DNA from: Nitrospinaceae bacterium
Lineage (GTDB): Bacteria > Nitrospinota > Nitrospinia > Nitrospinales > Nitrospinaceae
NCBI GenBank assembly: GCA_965237905.1
Contig: OZ250172.1
Coordinates: 2,976,001 to 3,040,000 of the forward strand
Length of the DNA: 64,000 nucleotides
Reading direction: 5' to 3'
The notes beneath the pieces are model-generated. The model had not been told where the DNA came from. It ran no database searches and worked only from the letters and a program-made list of their open reading frames with translations. A program made the translations under genes and the position numbers. Positions within the stretch are counted from its first letter, which is position 1. Each line of letters starts with the position of its first letter. This document shows, in pieces, positions 60,929 through 64,000 of this stretch.

Positions 60929-61104
60929 AATGTTTATAGAGTCTTCAAGACCATGAATTATGACCCTTTTCATTCCCCTACAGATGCTTAAAATGCTTCT
61001 GGAACATGACGCTGATTCAGCTGCAACTTAAGTCCCACCGTAAATAAAAGTATTACTCCAAAAGATGGAAGATAATTGATACAATTCCCCGTTTCGGAAC
61101 CTTC

Positions 61105-61196
61105 CAAGTTAAAGAAAATTGAAAATGGCGCAGAGAACACAATTTACGGACGTTGAATCCATTTTTGAGGGCCGCCTGCGGGAAACCCAGCATTGA
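61105..61196 (+). pseudogene. Duplicate of the 5' end of the LRR gene (76-bp direct repeat with 61886-61961)
   Basis: 61105-61180 vs 61886-61961 has 4 mismatches; encodes MAQRTQFTDVESIFEGRLR then ETQH*. Confidence 0.9.
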
Positions 61197-61221
61197 CAAG
61201 TGACAATTTACGCTTTACAAC
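61193..61221 (+). promoter_or_regulatory. Sigma70-type promoter of higBA, probably leaderless
   Basis: TTGACA-17 bp-TACAAC, with the ATG 7 nt downstream and no RBS. Confidence 0.6.
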
Positions 61222-61227
61222 TGAAGA

Positions 61228-61506
61228 ATGATAACGGGTTTTAAGGATCGAAGGCTTAAACGTTTCTACGAAACAGGAGCGCGGGGGAAAATACAGCCCA
61301 AGCTTCTCGACCGCGTAGAATTTATCCTTTCTCTTTTAGATGTAGCAGAAACTCTGGAGGATATAAATGTTCATAGCCTTCATTTGCACCCGCTCAAAGG
61401 AGATAAAAAAGGAATTTGGAGCGTAACAGTCAGAGCCAATTGGCGGATACTATTCCGCTTTGAAAATGGAAAAGCTTCTGACGTTGAAATGACCGACTAT
61501 CATTAA
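61228..61506 (+). CDS. higB: Type II toxin HigB (RelE/ParE superfamily)
   Basis: MI.GFKDRRLKRFY, LHPLKGD..G.WSVTVRANWRI.FRF, DYH end. Confidence 0.93.
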   Translation: MITGFKDRRLKRFYETGARGKIQPKLLDRVEFILSLLDVAETLEDINVHSLHLHPLKGDKKGIWSVTVRANWRILFRFENGKASDVEMTDYH

Positions 61507-61532
61507 GAGGAATTAAGTAAGGAGTTATTACA

Positions 61533-61838
61533 ATGCCTATGAAAAAACCACAGCACCCAGGAAAAGCAATCCGCATTTCTTGTTTGGAGCCAAATAATCT
61601 AACGGTTACAGAAGGGGCTAAGATTTTGGGCGTGACCCGCCAGAACTTGAATAATATCGTCAACGGGAAAAGTGCTGTTTCTCCAGAAATGGCCATTCGG
61701 GTTGCGAAGGCTTTTGGCGGAACCCCAGACGCATGGTACAGAATGCAATCCGCTTATGCCATTGCCCAGGCCAAGAAAAAAGCTGGAAAAATAAAAGTTA
61801 AAACCTATAAATCCGAAAATATGCAGGTTGGAGTTTGA
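61533..61838 (+). CDS. higA: Antitoxin HigA (HTH)
   Basis: P.HPG..I, VTE.AK.LGVTRQ.L..IVNGK..VSPEMAIR..KAFG.TP..W..MQ..Y. Confidence 0.93.
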   Translation: MPMKKPQHPGKAIRISCLEPNNLTVTEGAKILGVTRQNLNNIVNGKSAVSPEMAIRVAKAFGGTPDAWYRMQSAYAIAQAKKKAGKIKVKTYKSENMQVGV

Positions 61839-61905
61839 AAGTTATTGACTTGACGGTATATGTTCGCTCTATCCGCACACCCATTCAAGTTAAAGAAAAT
61901 TGAAC

Positions 61906-62394
61906 ATGGCGCAGAGAACACAATTCACGGACGTTGAATCTATTTTTGAGGGCCGTCTGCGCGGCAATCAGGCCATGTTGAGCGGCCTCGGGCTGACTCC
62001 GGAAGAAGCCCGGCTCCTGTGGCAGGCTCCGCGACTACAAGAGGTGAGCTGGCTGGATCTGGATGACAATTGTCTGGGCGATGCGGGACTCGGGGAATTG
62101 ACGGAGTGCGAACATCTGGAGAATATTCAATATCTCAACCTCAATAAAAATGGAGTGACCGATGCGGGCCTCCAAAAACTCGCGCAGTCGAAGTGCCTGC
62201 CCAAACTGAAACGCCTGCACCTGAAACACAACCCCATCGAAGGACCCGGCGTTATCGCTTTGTTCGAATCGCAAACGCTGGACGGTCTCACCACGTTTCA
62301 GGTCAACGAGGGATGGACCTGCAAAAAGCGCGAGGGTTGGCGTTACAATCCCCAGCTCCGCTCCGCGAGGTCCGATTATGGACGGGGCGAATAA
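61906..62394 (+). CDS. Leucine-rich-repeat protein
   Basis: Three LxLxxNxL/IxxxG repeats (LDLDDNCLGDAG, LNLNKNGVTDAG, LHLKHNPIEGPG). Confidence 0.85.
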   Translation: MAQRTQFTDVESIFEGRLRGNQAMLSGLGLTPEEARLLWQAPRLQEVSWLDLDDNCLGDAGLGELTECEHLENIQYLNLNKNGVTDAGLQKLAQSKCLPKLKRLHLKHNPIEGPGVIALFESQTLDGLTTFQVNEGWTCKKREGWRYNPQLRSARSDYGRGE

Positions 62395-62395
62395 A

Positions 62396-62630
62396 GCCCC
62401 CTCTTTTTAAAGAGGGCGGGGGGTGATTTAGCTCCCCTTACAGAGGGGAGGACCAGCGTGACGCTGGACCCAAACTGGGCAAGGCCCGGATCTAATTTTC
62501 TCCTCTCCCCTCACAGGAAGCACCTACGGGGTGACGGGCAGGGTGAGGGGCGGTTTTGAATAGGGTCTACAAATGAAGTATTTTATAATTCCCCCTCACC
62601 TTAATCCTCTCCCCCTGGGGAGAGGAGATA
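62396..62630. repeat. Second cluster of palindromic REP-like repeats
   Basis: ccctcttt-t-taaagaggg, ctcccct..aggggag, ccagcgt-g-acgctgg, tctcctctcccctca...cacctacggggtgacgg and an inverted ccctcaccttaatcctctcccc..ggggagaggaga copy. Confidence 0.75.
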
Positions 62631-62704
62631 TCAAGCGCGTCATCCTGATGCTTGAATCGCTGACTTATGCAAAGCTCTCCTTGGTAAGAAGGAACTCCTG
62701 ATTT

Positions 62705-63931
62705 ATGACTTCTCCTCAATCCACCGAACAAATCCATATTCATATTTCCGGCTCGGACCGGCCCGGTATCCTCGCTGAAGCCCTGGAAGCGATTGTGCGC
62801 CACGAATGCCTGGTGGTCGATATCAAGCAGTTCGTTTTTAATGGGATGCTGAACCTGTCCATTTTGCTGGAGAGTAAAAACTCGCAGGCTTTGGCGGATC
62901 TCCGGGGTTCCCTGAATACTTATGGGGCGCAGACTGGCATGAAAGTCGTTGCGCATCCCTGGGATTCCGAGCATCGTCCCGAAGCGCCTTACAAACACCG
63001 TTTGGTCGTCACCATCCTGGGGCAAACGCTCGGTCCCGTTCTATTGCAGGAACTCACCCGCACCCTGGCGGACCTGGATATCAATATTGTGCGCATCGAG
63101 CAGTTGGATTACGGGGATCATCACGTGCTGGAAATTGTGATCGGAGCCCGGCAGGTGATGACCAATGTCGATATTCTGACCGCCCTCCTGCACTTCAAGG
63201 AGCATTTCGATGTGGATATTGCCGTACAGGAGGACACGTTGTTCCGCCGCAACAAGCGGTTGATCGTGTTGGACGCCGATATGACCTTCCTGCAATGCGA
63301 AGTGATCGATGAGATGGGCAAACTGGCGGGGGTGGGGGAGCAGTTGGCGGGCATTACTGAAAAGGTCGTGCATGGCGACATCGACTTCACCATCGCTCTC
63401 AAACAACGGGTAGCACTGTTGAAGGGGCTGGCGGTTTCTCAACTCGAACAACTTTACGAGAACCTGCCGCTGACTCCTGGCGCGGAGGAGTTGGTTCGCA
63501 TTCTGCAACACCTGAATTACAAAATCGCCATCGTCAGCGGCGGGTTTGAGTTCTTCATTTCTAAGCTTGTGGAAAAGTACCAGCTGGATTACGGTTTTGC
63601 CAACCAGTTGCAGATTCAGGAGGGCAAAGTCACCGGTGAGGTGGAAGGAGAAATCATCGACGCGCAGTCCAAGGAAAAGATTCTTGTCTCCCTGGCCGAA
63701 CGGGAAGGGTTTTCCCTGCAACAGGTCGTGGCCGTGGGGGATGGCGCCAACGACATCCACATGCTGGCCAGGGCCGGACTGGGGATCGCCTTCAACGCCA
63801 AACCCATTGTCCAGCAACACGCCCAGGCTTCTATCAGTATCTACAATCTCGAATTAATTCTTTATTTTTTAGGTATTTCAGGTAAAGAACTTAATGAGTT
63901 ACGTAAGGCTATGGAGAAGCCGGGCTCGTAA
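62705..63931 (+). CDS. serB: Phosphoserine phosphatase with two ACT domains
   Basis: G.DRPGI ACT start; LDADMTFLQCEVIDE, VSGGF, AVGDGANDI.ML..AGLGIAFNAKP. Confidence 0.96.
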   Translation: MTSPQSTEQIHIHISGSDRPGILAEALEAIVRHECLVVDIKQFVFNGMLNLSILLESKNSQALADLRGSLNTYGAQTGMKVVAHPWDSEHRPEAPYKHRLVVTILGQTLGPVLLQELTRTLADLDINIVRIEQLDYGDHHVLEIVIGARQVMTNVDILTALLHFKEHFDVDIAVQEDTLFRRNKRLIVLDADMTFLQCEVIDEMGKLAGVGEQLAGITEKVVHGDIDFTIALKQRVALLKGLAVSQLEQLYENLPLTPGAEELVRILQHLNYKIAIVSGGFEFFISKLVEKYQLDYGFANQLQIQEGKVTGEVEGEIIDAQSKEKILVSLAEREGFSLQQVVAVGDGANDIHMLARAGLGIAFNAKPIVQQHAQASISIYNLELILYFLGISGKELNELRKAMEKPGS

Positions 63932-64000
63932 CAGTTTCCCGTTTCAGCTCCCATCCCCAGCGGCAATTTTCTCGTCAAATACCTCATTACATGCGATCAT

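Overview
A 64 kb stretch of bacterial chromosome. Gene content suggests a Nitrospinota (Nitrospina-like) nitrite oxidiser, but this is inferred and no rRNA marker is present. The housekeeping backbone is rpsR-rplI-dnaB, secA, thiL, cysH, argS, rarA and serB, interrupted by several accessory modules. (1) At 16973-20364, a three-Cys MerR regulator and a perfect MerR-type operator in a 19-bp-spacer promoter face an operon with no mer/cop/znt genes. The operon encodes DUF169, a SAM methyltransferase, an HgcA-like membrane corrinoid protein (NVWCAAAEG, no hgcB) and two small Cys-rich proteins, so it looks like a metal-inducible, cobalamin-dependent methylation system. (2) At 26887-40671 there is a periplasmic redox cluster: a 1632-aa MnxG-like multicopper oxidase, three cupredoxin-like proteins (a fourth, TPR-fused paralogue lies at 54075-55469), two triheme cytochromes c and a TlpA-like protein. 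(3) Three accessory inserts each sit between an intact gene and a diverged duplicate of one end of that gene (cysH, the multicopper oxidase, an LRR gene), which suggests a recurrent anchored-recombination route of gene gain. (4) Two tandem pilin-like proteins lack F1/E5. There are also mosaic palindromic REP-like repeats and a higBA toxin-antitoxin pair. No tRNA, rRNA, CRISPR array, integrase or transposase was recognised.
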